The position numbers and the translations under genes were made by a program. The notes beneath the pieces were generated by a model. It worked only from the letters and a program-made list of their open reading frames with translations, did not search any database and was not told where the DNA came from. This document shows positions 22,030-31,542 of a stretch of DNA of 64,000 nt, piece after piece. Source of the DNA: Clostridia bacterium (lineage in GTDB: Bacteria > Bacillota > Clostridia > Oscillospirales > CAG-272); the NCBI GenBank assembly GCA_017536475.1, contig JAFXHH010000007.1, positions 55,609 to 119,608 of the forward strand, written 5' to 3'. Each line of letters opens with the position of its first letter. The first letter of the stretch is position 1.

Positions 22030-22043
22030 GAAACTTCCGTTCT
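22030..22043 (-). promoter_or_regulatory. Candidate LexA (Cheo) box downstream of the uvrB promoter
   Basis: The minus strand reads AGAACGGAAGTTTC, which fits GAAC-N4-GTTYC. It lies 15-30 nt downstream of the -10 hexamer. Confidence 0.45.
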
Positions 22044-22058
22044 CTTTTTGACTATATT

Positions 22059-22087
22059 ATTATATCACATTTTATTGCATAAGTAAA
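22059..22087 (-). promoter_or_regulatory. Sigma-A-type promoter of uvrB (TTTACT-17-TATAAT, TG-extended)
   Basis: Hexamers and spacing read directly. A LexA-like box lies just downstream. Confidence 0.5.
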
Positions 22088-22119
22088 TAGATTTTTATAT
22101 TTTTTTGCGATTTTAGGGC

Positions 22120-22161
22120 AAAAAAATACCCGACGGAGATAAAAATCTGTCGGGTATTTTT
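22120..22161. terminator. Bidirectional intrinsic terminator after cdd
   Basis: Stem TACCCGAC...GTCGGGTA flanked by A7 and T5. Confidence 0.7.
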
Positions 22162-22171
22162 ACAAGGCGTA

Positions 22172-22582
22172 TCAGCAAACGACCGGCTGCCACGCGAAAG
22201 GCAGGAGATCACGAGCCTTTACCTTGATGAGATTTCCGCTTTCGTCATTTACGATGACCTTGATATCGGGGCAGTATTCATAAAGCATTTGTCTGCAATT
22301 TCCGCAAGGAGAGAACACGCCGTTGGGGGCTTTTTCGTGGACAGCCACGATGGTATCAAATTCCCTCTCACCTGCCGATATTGCGATTCCCATAGTTACG
22401 TATTCGGCGCAGGAACCGTGTATTCCGTCGCAGTTTACGCCCTTATAGATATTGCCGTTCTTGCACAAGATCGCGCATCCGACGGTATGGTTATATATGC
22501 CGTCGTCAAAATTCTTGCTTAAAACGTCAAGGGCGATCTCTATAAGCTTTTTGTCGGTGTCGTTTAAATTATATCTTTCCAT
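22172..22582 (-). CDS. cdd: Cytidine/deoxycytidine deaminase family protein
   Basis: 136 aa with zinc motifs HGSCAE and PCGNCRQ. Confidence 0.82.
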   Translation of the reverse strand: MERYNLNDTDKKLIEIALDVLSKNFDDGIYNHTVGCAILCKNGNIYKGVNCDGIHGSCAEYVTMGIAISAGEREFDTIVAVHEKAPNGVFSPCGNCRQMLYEYCPDIKVIVNDESGNLIKVKARDLLPFAWQPVVC

Positions 22583-22626
22583 TTAAGTTCTCCCATTTGT
22601 CAGCACCGTATGCGGCATTTGACCTA

Positions 22627-23250
22627 TCAAAATCCAAACAAATCAAGCCACGGATACGACCAATAAAGCGGAAAATATCTCGCCGCCCAAACCGAACAAA
22701 TTTGTTCATCTCCCATATAATTCGGGTAGTCGTGATTGATAAGGACAAAGCTGCCGTTCGAATTTGTTACGATAATGGTATCAAACTTCGTCGGCTCGTT
22801 TTCGTAAGGACCCGGAAGCTTTTCTCCGCAGGGCTTGTATTTTATTTCAAGTCTGAATACTTCATTGACGACGTCTTCTCCGAGATCGGTATCCGATAAA
22901 TAAGACAGCAAGTATGAGCATTTATCATAGCAAAGAGTATTGTTGAAAAAATTGACCAATCTGATAAGTCTCGGATCGCTTACGTCGATAGATACAGCCT
23001 CTCCGTCTTTATACAGCGTTGCAGAAACGGGAACGTTCTGCAACACGGGATATGCCTCGTATTGATCGGACGGGATCGTTGAAATGACGGAGCTTACGTT
23101 TTTATCATTCGGGTGGGGATCTCCCTCTTCTATATCAAAAAAGGACGAGGAAGAATAATTTGGATTCAACAGCTTCTTTTCGGTATTGGCACATCCAACA
23201 AGGGAAACCAACAGCAAGATAGAAGCAACAAGAACGGACAGCTTTTTCAT
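22627..23250 (-). CDS. Lipoprotein, function unknown
   Basis: Signal peptide with lipobox LVGC. AGGAGG SD present. No recognisable domain. Confidence 0.65.
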   Translation of the reverse strand: MKKLSVLVASILLLVSLVGCANTEKKLLNPNYSSSSFFDIEEGDPHPNDKNVSSVISTIPSDQYEAYPVLQNVPVSATLYKDGEAVSIDVSDPRLIRLVNFFNNTLCYDKCSYLLSYLSDTDLGEDVVNEVFRLEIKYKPCGEKLPGPYENEPTKFDTIIVTNSNGSFVLINHDYPNYMGDEQICSVWAARYFPLYWSYPWLDLFGF

Positions 23251-23303
23251 AATATCCTCCTATTGATGATTTCTCCGGAGAGACTTTACTTAATTCCATT
23301 ATA

Positions 23304-23344
23304 ACACAAAATCCGCAGAAAGACAAGTCTCTCTGCGGATTTTA
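23304..23344. terminator. Intrinsic terminator after the DUF308-like gene
   Basis: Stem ATCCGCAGA...TCTGCGGAT with U-rich flanks. Confidence 0.6.
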
Positions 23345-23360
23345 GCAATATTGGTTTTAA

Positions 23361-23960
23361 TTATTCTGCCTGAGCTTCCTCTGCGGTGGTCTCTACGGGT
23401 GCTGCTGCTTCAACGTTCTTTACTGCCTTGATATAGGAAACAAGGGAGAGGACGAAGAAGAGCACGGAAAGTCCGATAACTACCCAACCTGCGATAAGTA
23501 TGAGAAGGCTTACTACGGAATCTGCTGCTGCGAGAAGTCCGGGAAGGAATACGAGCAACAATACGCCGATGAGCATCTTGATCCATTCCTTCTTGATCTG
23601 ATCCTTCCAGCCTGCACCGCCTGCGAGAATGATGCGAACGATCGGGAATGCGATGAGATATACCGATACGATAACCGTGATAACGGTTCCCTGCATGAAG
23701 ATCATCATACAGCCGAGAACGATTCCGAGTATCGAAAAGATCAGGTCGATAATACCCGCTGCCTTGGTAATATTTACGATACCGTTAACAAGCGAGGGAA
23801 CGTTACTGATGATGGTGATGATTCCTACTACGATAAGTCCCCACTTGATAAGGAAGGACACGTCGAGAATGCTTGAAAGCACTACGAGAAGTGTTCCAAG
23901 AATAACTCCGATGATCAGCGAAATGATAATATTCGCCAACACGTTTTTCTTGTTAGACAT
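23361..23960 (-). CDS. Integral membrane protein (DUF308/HdeD-like), function unknown
   Basis: 199 aa, about 6 TM helices and an acidic Ala/Glu tail. GGAGG SD present. Confidence 0.6.
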   Translation of the reverse strand: MSNKKNVLANIIISLIIGVILGTLLVVLSSILDVSFLIKWGLIVVGIITIISNVPSLVNGIVNITKAAGIIDLIFSILGIVLGCMMIFMQGTVITVIVSVYLIAFPIVRIILAGGAGWKDQIKKEWIKMLIGVLLLVFLPGLLAAADSVVSLLILIAGWVVIGLSVLFFVLSLVSYIKAVKNVEAAAPVETTAEEAQAE

Positions 23961-24027
23961 AAATTGCCTCCGTTTGTATAAATTTTGTAATTTTATGTTA
24001 CAACAGTTTTATTAACTAAATGTTAAC

Positions 24028-24537
24028 TCAACGTCTGTTTTTTAGCCATTCGAGCGTTTTTTTGTGAATTACGCCCTCAAGAGCTTCAAAATTCTTTTCC
24101 GATATCAACTGACGGACTGCCGTGGAGCTGACCGAGCAAAGCTTTTCATCGGCGGGAAGGAACAAGGTCTCGGCGCGATCGTTGTGCTCCTTGTTCCATT
24201 TTGCGTGTATCATCTCGTATTCGAGGTCCTTTTCGTTGCGTATTCCCTTCACGATGGCGGTTGCGCCAAGCTCGTCGAAAAGGTCTATGAGCAGTATTCC
24301 TTCTCCGTAGATCGCCTCGACGTTTTCCAAATGAGAAACGCTCAAGCCCGCCATCAGCAATCGCTCCTCGGCGGTAAACGTATAGGTCTTGGAGGAAAGG
24401 GACGAGGAATACTTTGAGGAATCGTTATTCATTACGGCAACGTAGACCTTATCAAACATTTTCGAGGCGCGCTCGATCACGTTGAGATGACCGAGGGTTA
24501 TCGGGTCGAAGCTGCCCGGGATAAGAGCTATCTTCAT
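24028..24537 (-). CDS. coaD: Phosphopantetheine adenylyltransferase
   Basis: 169 aa with N-terminal PGSFDPITLGH nucleotidyltransferase motif. Confidence 0.93.
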   Translation of the reverse strand: MKIALIPGSFDPITLGHLNVIERASKMFDKVYVAVMNNDSSKYSSSLSSKTYTFTAEERLLMAGLSVSHLENVEAIYGEGILLIDLFDELGATAIVKGIRNEKDLEYEMIHAKWNKEHNDRAETLFLPADEKLCSVSSTAVRQLISEKNFEALEGVIHKKTLEWLKNRR

Positions 24538-24569
24538 CGTTTTGTCTCCTGAATTTTTGATTTTGGGAG

Positions 24570-25133
24570 TTAGATCAGCGGTTTCAATACAGTTATATGC
24601 GCGACACCGTATTTTGCGCGCTTGATCATCTCGAATTTTGCCGCGAGGTCGGGGTTATTTTCAAAAATATCCTCCTCGGCGCTCTCGCAGACCAAAATTG
24701 AGGTCGGCTTGAGCAGATCTGCGCTCAAAAGCGCCTCGAGCGTGGGCGGCACGGCGCGGAGGCTATACGGCGGGTCGATAAATACGATATCGAACCTTCT
24801 TCTGCCCTTCACGGTGCGGATATAGTCCGAGACGTCGGCGGTAAAGAGCCGACACTGCGCGTCGAGGTGTGTTTTTTCGATATTCTTGGCAATAATTGCG
24901 GCGGCATCCTTTGATCTGTCGACAAGGGTTGCGCTTGCCGCGCCGCGTGACACGGCTTCGAGTCCCATCTGACCCGAGCCTGCAAAAAGGTCGAGCACCT
25001 CTCTGCCCTCAAGATCAAACTGGAGCATTGAAAATACTGCTTCCTTGGCGCGCTCCGAGGTCGGTCGGGTATTTTCGCCCTCGAGCGTTAAAAGCTTTAT
25101 TCCTCGGGCCTTGCCCGTAATTATTCGCATCAT
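24570..25133 (-). CDS. rsmD: 16S rRNA (guanine966-N2)-methyltransferase RsmD
   Basis: 187 aa with SAM motif LDLFAGSG and IDPPY. Confidence 0.9.
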   Translation of the reverse strand: MMRIITGKARGIKLLTLEGENTRPTSERAKEAVFSMLQFDLEGREVLDLFAGSGQMGLEAVSRGAASATLVDRSKDAAAIIAKNIEKTHLDAQCRLFTADVSDYIRTVKGRRRFDIVFIDPPYSLRAVPPTLEALLSADLLKPTSILVCESAEEDIFENNPDLAAKFEMIKRAKYGVAHITVLKPLI

Positions 25134-25135
25134 AA

Positions 25136-26974
25136 TCAGTCCTTATCGTTGAAATATTCCTTTATTTTTGCTGCGTCCTTGGCGCTGATTCCCTTGACGG
25201 CGGCTATCTCGCTCTCGGATGCGGTCTTTATCGCTCCGATGCCTCCAAAGTGCTTTAAGAGCAGCTTTGCCTTGACGTCACCAATTCCGCTTATTTTCGT
25301 GAGCGACGACTTGGTCAGGGTCTTGCGCTTTGCGCTATCCATCTTCGAGACGGTAAAGCGGTGGACCTCCTCCTGTATCTTATAGATGAACACGAAGAGC
25401 GCGTTTTCCTTGGCTATGCTTATCTCCTCGGTATCGGTACAGAGCGCACGAGTTTTATGGAAGTCATCCTTTACCATGCCGAAAACGGCGATGTCGAGTC
25501 CTCTTTCTTCGAGCAGCTCTCGAACGGTCGAAACGTGTCCCTTACCGCCGTCGAGCAATATCAGGTCGGGAAGCTCGGAGAATGAGCCGCTTTCGTCGTC
25601 AAGATGATCGAGTCGGCGCGAGATCGCCTCGCGCATGCTTGCGTAGTCGTCGGTGCCGTCCTTGACCGAGGTTATTTTGAACGAACGGTAGTCGCTTTTC
25701 TTGAAGCTCGTGCCGTCGGTCACTATCATTCCTGCGGTAATATGTTCTTTGCCGAGATTTGATATATCGTAGGCTTCGATTCTTTCGGGATAGGTCTCGA
25801 GCGAAAGGAGCTCGGCGAGTCGGGTAAGCACCTTTTCATCCTTCTCCGCCGCGTTTTTATACGCCTTTGCCTTCTCCTCTGCATTATCTCTTACCATATC
25901 GCAAAGCGCCTTATTATCTCCGCGCTCCGCCGTTCTGACGGTGACCTTTCTGCCTGCACGCTCGGAGAGGTATGTGCTGAGGGTCTCTCTGTCCTCGTCG
26001 TCGAGCTCGAAGGAAAGCAATATGCTTTTCGGGATATATTCTCTTATCTGATAAAGCTCGCAGATGAACGCAGAAATGTTCTGCTCGTCCACGATGCGCT
26101 CCGCGCCGTAGACGAATTCCTGCTTATCGCTGACTGCTCCGTCGCGGATGAAGAATACCGATATACAGGAGCAGACGTCGTCGTTATATAGCGCGATCAC
26201 GTCGTGCTCGGTATCGGAGGGCGCGACCACCTTTTGCTTTTGTCCGAGTCGGTCGAGCGCCGCTATCGTGTCTCTGCACCTTGCCGCCGCTTCAAATCTT
26301 TCGTTCTCGGCGTACTCGTACATCTGCTCGGTCAGCTTGTTTTTAACCTCTTTGGTGTGTCCACGCAACACGTCGGTCGCATATTTTATCTTTTCAAGAT
26401 ACTCGTCGGGCTCTACGTTGCCCGTGCAGACTCCGCAGCATTTCTTCATTTGATAATATAGGCAGGGGCGCTCCTTGCCGATATCTCTCGGGAATTTTCT
26501 TTTACAGGTCGGGAGTCCGAGCACTGCGGAGAGCGTATTTATGACCGAAAAGACGGTCGACGTGCCCGAATAGGGTCCGAAATATCTGCCGCCCTCGCCG
26601 CGCTTTCGCGTCATTACGAGTCTTGGATAGAGCTCGTCGGTCAGCTTGATATATGGGTAGGATTTTGCGTCCTTAAGTCTTATGTTATATTTGGGTGAAT
26701 ACTGCTTTATCAGGGTGTTTTCGAGCGAGAGCGCCTCGATCTCGGTGTCGCAGACGTAATAGTCGAAATCCTTGACGGCTCTTACCATTCCCGCGGTTTT
26801 GACGTTCTTTTCGCTATTCTGAAAATACTGCGAAACGCGGTTCTTCAGCTTGCGTGATTTACCTACGTATATCACCGTTCCCGCGGCGTTTTTCATAATA
26901 TACACGCCAGGGCGCAGAGGCAGAGAGTTCGCCTTTTCGAGCAACGCTTTTATTTCGTTTTCTTTTATTGGCAT
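25136..26974 (-). CDS. uvrC: Excinuclease ABC subunit C
   Basis: 612 aa with an N-terminal GIY-YIG module (GVYIMKN...IYVGKS), a UVR domain and a C-terminal HhH region. Confidence 0.94.
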   Translation of the reverse strand: MPIKENEIKALLEKANSLPLRPGVYIMKNAAGTVIYVGKSRKLKNRVSQYFQNSEKNVKTAGMVRAVKDFDYYVCDTEIEALSLENTLIKQYSPKYNIRLKDAKSYPYIKLTDELYPRLVMTRKRGEGGRYFGPYSGTSTVFSVINTLSAVLGLPTCKRKFPRDIGKERPCLYYQMKKCCGVCTGNVEPDEYLEKIKYATDVLRGHTKEVKNKLTEQMYEYAENERFEAAARCRDTIAALDRLGQKQKVVAPSDTEHDVIALYNDDVCSCISVFFIRDGAVSDKQEFVYGAERIVDEQNISAFICELYQIREYIPKSILLSFELDDEDRETLSTYLSERAGRKVTVRTAERGDNKALCDMVRDNAEEKAKAYKNAAEKDEKVLTRLAELLSLETYPERIEAYDISNLGKEHITAGMIVTDGTSFKKSDYRSFKITSVKDGTDDYASMREAISRRLDHLDDESGSFSELPDLILLDGGKGHVSTVRELLEERGLDIAVFGMVKDDFHKTRALCTDTEEISIAKENALFVFIYKIQEEVHRFTVSKMDSAKRKTLTKSSLTKISGIGDVKAKLLLKHFGGIGAIKTASESEIAAVKGISAKDAAKIKEYFNDKD

Positions 26975-27006
26975 TTCTTACCCTCCCATCTGCGTTTTTA
27001 AGGTTG

Positions 27007-27043
27007 AAAAAATGCGGAGCAGCCGATATCGACCGTCTCCGCA
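27007..27043 (-). terminator. Intrinsic terminator after ptsH
   Basis: Stem TGCGGAG...CTCCGCA followed by UUUUUU on the minus strand. Confidence 0.75.
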
Positions 27044-27064
27044 CCCCTTGGCACCGTTCTGTTA

Positions 27065-27328
27065 TTATTCGTTGAACCCTGAATTTACGAGGGATACGAG
27101 GCCGTCCAATGCTGAATCCTCGTCCTGTCCTTCTGCCGTGATCTTAACAGTCATTCCCTTTGCAATTCCAAGAGACAGAACACCGAGAAGACTTTTTGCA
27201 TTTACCTTACGGTCGTCTTTTTCAATAAGGATCGTGCTTTTATAACAATTCGCCTTCTGAATAAAGAAGGTTGCAGGTCTTGCGTGGAGACCGCTGGCAT
27301 TTGTTATTACGACTTCACGAGTTTTCAT
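27065..27328 (-). CDS. ptsH: Phosphocarrier protein HPr
   Basis: 87 aa with the His15 motif GLHARPA and the Ser46 region KSLLGVLSLG. Confidence 0.93.
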   Translation of the reverse strand: MKTREVVITNASGLHARPATFFIQKANCYKSTILIEKDDRKVNAKSLLGVLSLGIAKGMTVKITAEGQDEDSALDGLVSLVNSGFNE

Positions 27329-27416
27329 CGATTTTTACTCCTGTCTGTATGTATCTCTGATTTAGATCGTTCTCAAAAATTCGTCGGCAATAAAACCGAG
27401 AACTTCGGTTACTAAT

Positions 27417-27445
27417 AGTATAACAAAAATACAAACTAAAATCAA
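27417..27445 (-). promoter_or_regulatory. Sigma-A-type promoter of ptsH (TTGATT-17-TATACT)
   Basis: Hexamers and spacing read directly. Confidence 0.5.
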
Positions 27446-27530
27446 GAGCAAATATTGTATATTTTTCACGCAAATTTCATGCGTTTTTTTGGCAAAATAC
27501 ACAAATCCGTGCCGATTTTCTTTCTCGTCG

Positions 27531-28073
27531 TTACTTAGTGACGGCTATATTCGTTATAGTTATTGTAAATTCTGCGTCGTCCGTATACACGTTTATAACG
27601 CTTCCCTTTGAGAAATTGATATCACCCAACGAATAATAATTACCTTCCTTTGACGCTGTAACTTCCGTATTCAGCTTTAGCTTGCCCGTCATTTTCGCTA
27701 TTCTGTACGATACGGCGGTTTCTTCTTCGGACTGCTCTGCGTCCGCTGCGGACGTAGTCTGCTCCGTAGTCTCAGCGTCGGGGTACTCGACCGATATTGC
27801 CTGAGTTTCGTTCCAGCCCTTGTACAGCTCGCCGAGCAATCTGCCGTTCGACGAAAGATATACCGATTCCCCTGCCTCGAGGTATTTCGCAAGGCTATCG
27901 TAATCCTCACACTCAAACTCGATCATATATTTTGAAGTGATGCCCGCTTTGTCGTTGGTAGTTTCGGTATAAACTCTGTACACGACCGTTGCGGCAAGGC
28001 AAAGCACGAGCAGTATCACCAATATGTCAAACGCGGTTATTCTTCCACCCGATCTTTTTTGCTTTTCTGACAT
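27531..28073 (-). CDS. DUF4330-like single-pass membrane protein (paralog A)
   Basis: One TM helix followed by a beta-rich domain, with architecture similar to the upstream paralog. ATG 28073 (GGAG 6 nt upstream) is preferred over the GTG at 28157, which would run through a repeat element. Confidence 0.65.
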   Translation of the reverse strand: MSEKQKRSGGRITAFDILVILLVLCLAATVVYRVYTETTNDKAGITSKYMIEFECEDYDSLAKYLEAGESVYLSSNGRLLGELYKGWNETQAISVEYPDAETTEQTTSAADAEQSEEETAVSYRIAKMTGKLKLNTEVTASKEGNYYSLGDINFSKGSVINVYTDDAEFTITITNIAVTK

Positions 28074-28079
28074 TTTAAT

Positions 28080-28189
28080 CTCCATTCCTCCGCGCGCGGC
28101 GGCACAAATATGATTGACGAATCTTGCCAACGGCAAAATTCTCGCGTGAAAAAGCACAATTACCTGACGGCATCAATCAATTTTCACGC
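28080..28189 (-). repeat. Element E copy between the two DUF4330 genes
   Basis: It has the same three-hairpin order, with stem 1 GCGTGAAAA/TTTTCACGC and stem 2 GAATTTTGCC/GGCAAGATTC. The 5' arm of stem 1 overlaps the last codons of paralog B, and the 3' end supplies GGAG 6 nt upstream of the paralog A ATG. Confidence 0.75.
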
Positions 28190-28776
28190 AAATCTCCCGA
28201 CAGTTCAACGACGGTTCCGTTTACTATCCGATCGTCGATCCTGAGAGTATAATCGCTTCCGACCGCCACTCTTTCGTCGCCGAGATAATACCCCTCGTCG
28301 CCCTTATGATTTGCAGTTACCTCTACGGTCAGAACCGCAAGGCAGTTATCTTCAGAAACTTCAACGGCAGTGATCTTTCCAAAGTATACGGTACTGCCGT
28401 CGATATCGAAATAGAGCTCTTTATTCTCTATTGACAGATATTCTTCCGCGTTTTCTTCGCACGGAACGGCAAACGAATATTCAATGCCGACGCTTTCATA
28501 ATCCGTTGAGAAATATCTGAACAGATGGTACGCACCGACTATTACTCCCGCAACTATAGCGAGCATCAATACGGTTATGATGATGTCAACTATCAAGGGA
28601 AGCTTTTTGCGTGACTTTGAATTGCGGCTTTTTTCACTTTCCGAGGGGTCCTTTGCTTTTACTGTGCGAAGTCCCACTATGTAATCGAGCTGTGCGCCGC
28701 CTGACGATTTTTCGGAATCCGCTTTTTTCAGATTCTTTGCGGTCTCGCTCTGATCATTTTTCTTGAGTTCAGGCAT
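28177..28776 (-). CDS. DUF4330-like single-pass membrane protein (paralog B)
   Basis: 199 aa with a basic/Ser-rich N-terminus, one TM helix and a beta-rich C-domain. Confidence 0.65.
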   Translation of the reverse strand: MPELKKNDQSETAKNLKKADSEKSSGGAQLDYIVGLRTVKAKDPSESEKSRNSKSRKKLPLIVDIIITVLMLAIVAGVIVGAYHLFRYFSTDYESVGIEYSFAVPCEENAEEYLSIENKELYFDIDGSTVYFGKITAVEVSEDNCLAVLTVEVTANHKGDEGYYLGDERVAVGSDYTLRIDDRIVNGTVVELSGDLREN

Positions 28777-28794
28777 TTTTTCAGATCCTTTCGA

Positions 28795-30777
28795 TTATTT
28801 GTAAAATCTCACTTCAACGTCAAAATCCGTTTCGTTGCCGAAGTATTCGATCTTGTTCTTTTGTTCCTCTTCTCTTCCGACTCTGACGTATCCTGCAAGC
28901 AGGCCTGCCGCGGTCCAGAAGATATAAAGCATTCTGGCATCGTCCCACAGACAGCTGACTGCTCCGAATACGAGAGATACGAAGATCCCTACGGTGAGCG
29001 CCAACGCCTCTCTTCTGTTTTCGTGACTGCGCGTGCCTGCTACGTATCCCAAGCCGTTACGCAACATGATAAAGCAGAAGACGATGAACGCTACTGCTCC
29101 GCCTACGCCTGACCAGCAGAGTAATTGCAGCCACAGCGAGCCGGACGAAGCTGCTCCCTCGGAAACGGCGTTTGCGTATGCCGAATGTGCCGACACGAAT
29201 GCGTGCTCTCCCGCGCCAATACCCACGAAATTACCGCCACGAAGCATCTCCCAGACGCTTTCGAAAACGCTCATTCTTATCGGTGCGTTTGCAGATTCGG
29301 CGGGCAATATCCAAGAGATAGAATTCAATGCTTCGCCAAAATCCACGTACGACGATACGTACGGATAAAGCACCGCAAATATGCCGATGGGCAGGATCAA
29401 CACTATAAGTGCGGTCAGCGTTTTATGGCTATAGAGCAGCCAGAACAGACAAAATTCTATAAGTATCGCAACAGCCGCCTCGTAAGTGCCGCATATAAAC
29501 ACCGATACGATGACCAGCGCAAACATGATCACTCTTAAAACCACACCTCTGATAGTGCGCGGCTTTGACATATAAGCAAGCAACACAGGCGTTACGATCA
29601 CGGCGAGGACTCCAAAGACCTCGGCGCTGTCCGCTATATTGATAGTCTGTCCTTCGAATATCGGGCGGGCGTATTCGTGTATAGAATAGATAAAGCCGTC
29701 TGCTATGGCGTTGTAAAATACGTTCCATAAGCCCACGACAGCAAGAATGCAATAGCTTACTGTCAGAATTTTTACACAGGAGTTGAGTCTCTTTCTGTCT
29801 CTTATGAGATTGTACGTCATAAAAAATCCGCCGAGGATAACGGCTACCGTATACACCGAATCCAAAACGGTCTGCCAGCCGCCTGCGGAAAAGAAGCCCG
29901 TGACCAATATAAATCCACAGAAAATAAATACTATAACGCTTTCTGCCGAGAATGAAACAACCCGTCTATGCTTGATGACCTTTGCTGCGTACGATACTGC
30001 CGTCAGAGCGATCAAGGCAATGAGAACTATATCCGCTACACCCAGATATCTGAGAAAAGGTGTTGCCGCAAGCGTGATAGCCACGCCCGTTTCGGTCGTC
30101 GAGGTCACGAGTCCGAACACGATGACCGCGAGGATCACGAAAAGAATATACGACGAGTGGACGAAATAGGTCAGCACACCGCAAACGATAGCTATCGCAG
30201 AGGCGGCGAACATTCCCGCCACTCCTCCTCGTTTTTTCTCGATCGATGCCAGTTTCTCCTCGGGTATGCCCAAAAAGGACAGGAAGATCTTTTTTAACGA
30301 TCTGTGCTCGTAGACCGTTGCCGCAAGAGTCTTTGACGACATAAGCAACGGGAGCGAGCAGATTATAATCGTGACGGAGGTGAACAAAGAGGATACGGCG
30401 TGGTTGCTTTCTCCATACAGCAATATCGGAACGAAATAAACTGCCGCCGAGATCATTCCGTACATAAGGAAAAACATTCCGTACACGTTGACCTTGAGCG
30501 AGGACATCAGTTCTCTGAACGAATCCAACATCCGCAAGCCGCGGCTTTCCTTGAGCACAAGATCGGCTTGCTTTTTGAGCGCGCCGTGCTTCTTTGAGCG
30601 TGCCGTATTATTCAAAAGCCGAGCGCAGCTGCTATTCTGATAAGACTCGTCTGCTACGGACATCCAGCTTCCGACTCTGCCGTGCGCGAACAACGAATAT
30701 ATGAACGCTGTGAACGCGTTTATGGCGTTAAGAATAAACGAGCCCTTTCGCTGCTTTTCTTTTTTTCTCGTTGCCAA
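28795..30777 (-). CDS. Large polytopic membrane protein, O-antigen-ligase (Wzy_C)-like
   Basis: 660 aa with at least 12 hydrophobic helices by eye. TTG start follows GGAGGAG. The family assignment is from memory of similar clostridial proteins, not from a specific motif. Confidence 0.55.
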   Translation of the reverse strand: MATRKKEKQRKGSFILNAINAFTAFIYSLFAHGRVGSWMSVADESYQNSSCARLLNNTARSKKHGALKKQADLVLKESRGLRMLDSFRELMSSLKVNVYGMFFLMYGMISAAVYFVPILLYGESNHAVSSLFTSVTIIICSLPLLMSSKTLAATVYEHRSLKKIFLSFLGIPEEKLASIEKKRGGVAGMFAASAIAIVCGVLTYFVHSSYILFVILAVIVFGLVTSTTETGVAITLAATPFLRYLGVADIVLIALIALTAVSYAAKVIKHRRVVSFSAESVIVFIFCGFILVTGFFSAGGWQTVLDSVYTVAVILGGFFMTYNLIRDRKRLNSCVKILTVSYCILAVVGLWNVFYNAIADGFIYSIHEYARPIFEGQTINIADSAEVFGVLAVIVTPVLLAYMSKPRTIRGVVLRVIMFALVIVSVFICGTYEAAVAILIEFCLFWLLYSHKTLTALIVLILPIGIFAVLYPYVSSYVDFGEALNSISWILPAESANAPIRMSVFESVWEMLRGGNFVGIGAGEHAFVSAHSAYANAVSEGAASSGSLWLQLLCWSGVGGAVAFIVFCFIMLRNGLGYVAGTRSHENRREALALTVGIFVSLVFGAVSCLWDDARMLYIFWTAAGLLAGYVRVGREEEQKNKIEYFGNETDFDVEVRFYK

Positions 30778-30814
30778 GCTATCTCCTCCCTTCCGTGAAT
30801 CTTTCGTGGCTTTT

Positions 30815-31519
30815 TTATTTTTTCCCTTCCAAAAGGTCGGGGCGATTTTTTTCGGTCAGCTCTCTCGCAGTTTCGTCGCGCCATTTATCGATATTGGCGT
30901 GGTGTCCCGAGATAAGTACGTCGGGAACCTTAACTCCATGGAATTCATAGGGCCTTGTGTACTGCGGATATTCAAGCATACCCGACGATATGCTTTCCTT
31001 TTCGTAGCACTCGGGATCTGACAGAACTCCCGGTAAAAGACGGGAAACTGCATCCACGAGTATTGTTGCGGGGATCTCGCCGCCCGTGAGCACGAAGTCG
31101 CCTATCGAGATCTCCTCGTCGACGATCTCGTCGATTATTCTGCGGTCGACTCCCTCGTAGTGACCGCAAAGAATGATAACGTTATCAAGCTTTGAAAGCT
31201 CCTCGGCTTTTTTCTGATCGAGCACCTTTCCTGCAGGCGACATGTATACGACTCTGCGGCTTTCGGGCTCAAATCCGACCTCCTTTTGCTTCTCAAGGAT
31301 AGCCGAATAGCAATTATATATCGGGGGCGCCATCATAAGCATTCCCTTACCGCCGCCGTAGGGTGTATCGTCGACTCGGCGGTGCTTGTCCTCGCTATAA
31401 TCGCGAATATTATAGGTATTTATCTCGACCGCGCCACTTTTCTGCGCTCTGCCGATGATGCTCTCGCCCAGCACCGTATTTACAAGGTCGGGAAAGAGGG
31501 TCATTATATCAAATCTCAT
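30815..31519 (-). CDS. trmD: tRNA (guanine37-N1)-methyltransferase
   Basis: 234 aa with RVDDTPYGGGKGM and SIGDFVLTGGE. Confidence 0.94.
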   Translation of the reverse strand: MRFDIMTLFPDLVNTVLGESIIGRAQKSGAVEINTYNIRDYSEDKHRRVDDTPYGGGKGMLMMAPPIYNCYSAILEKQKEVGFEPESRRVVYMSPAGKVLDQKKAEELSKLDNVIILCGHYEGVDRRIIDEIVDEEISIGDFVLTGGEIPATILVDAVSRLLPGVLSDPECYEKESISSGMLEYPQYTRPYEFHGVKVPDVLISGHHANIDKWRDETARELTEKNRPDLLEGKK

Positions 31520-31542
31520 AATTTGTCCTTTATTTGTCTTTA

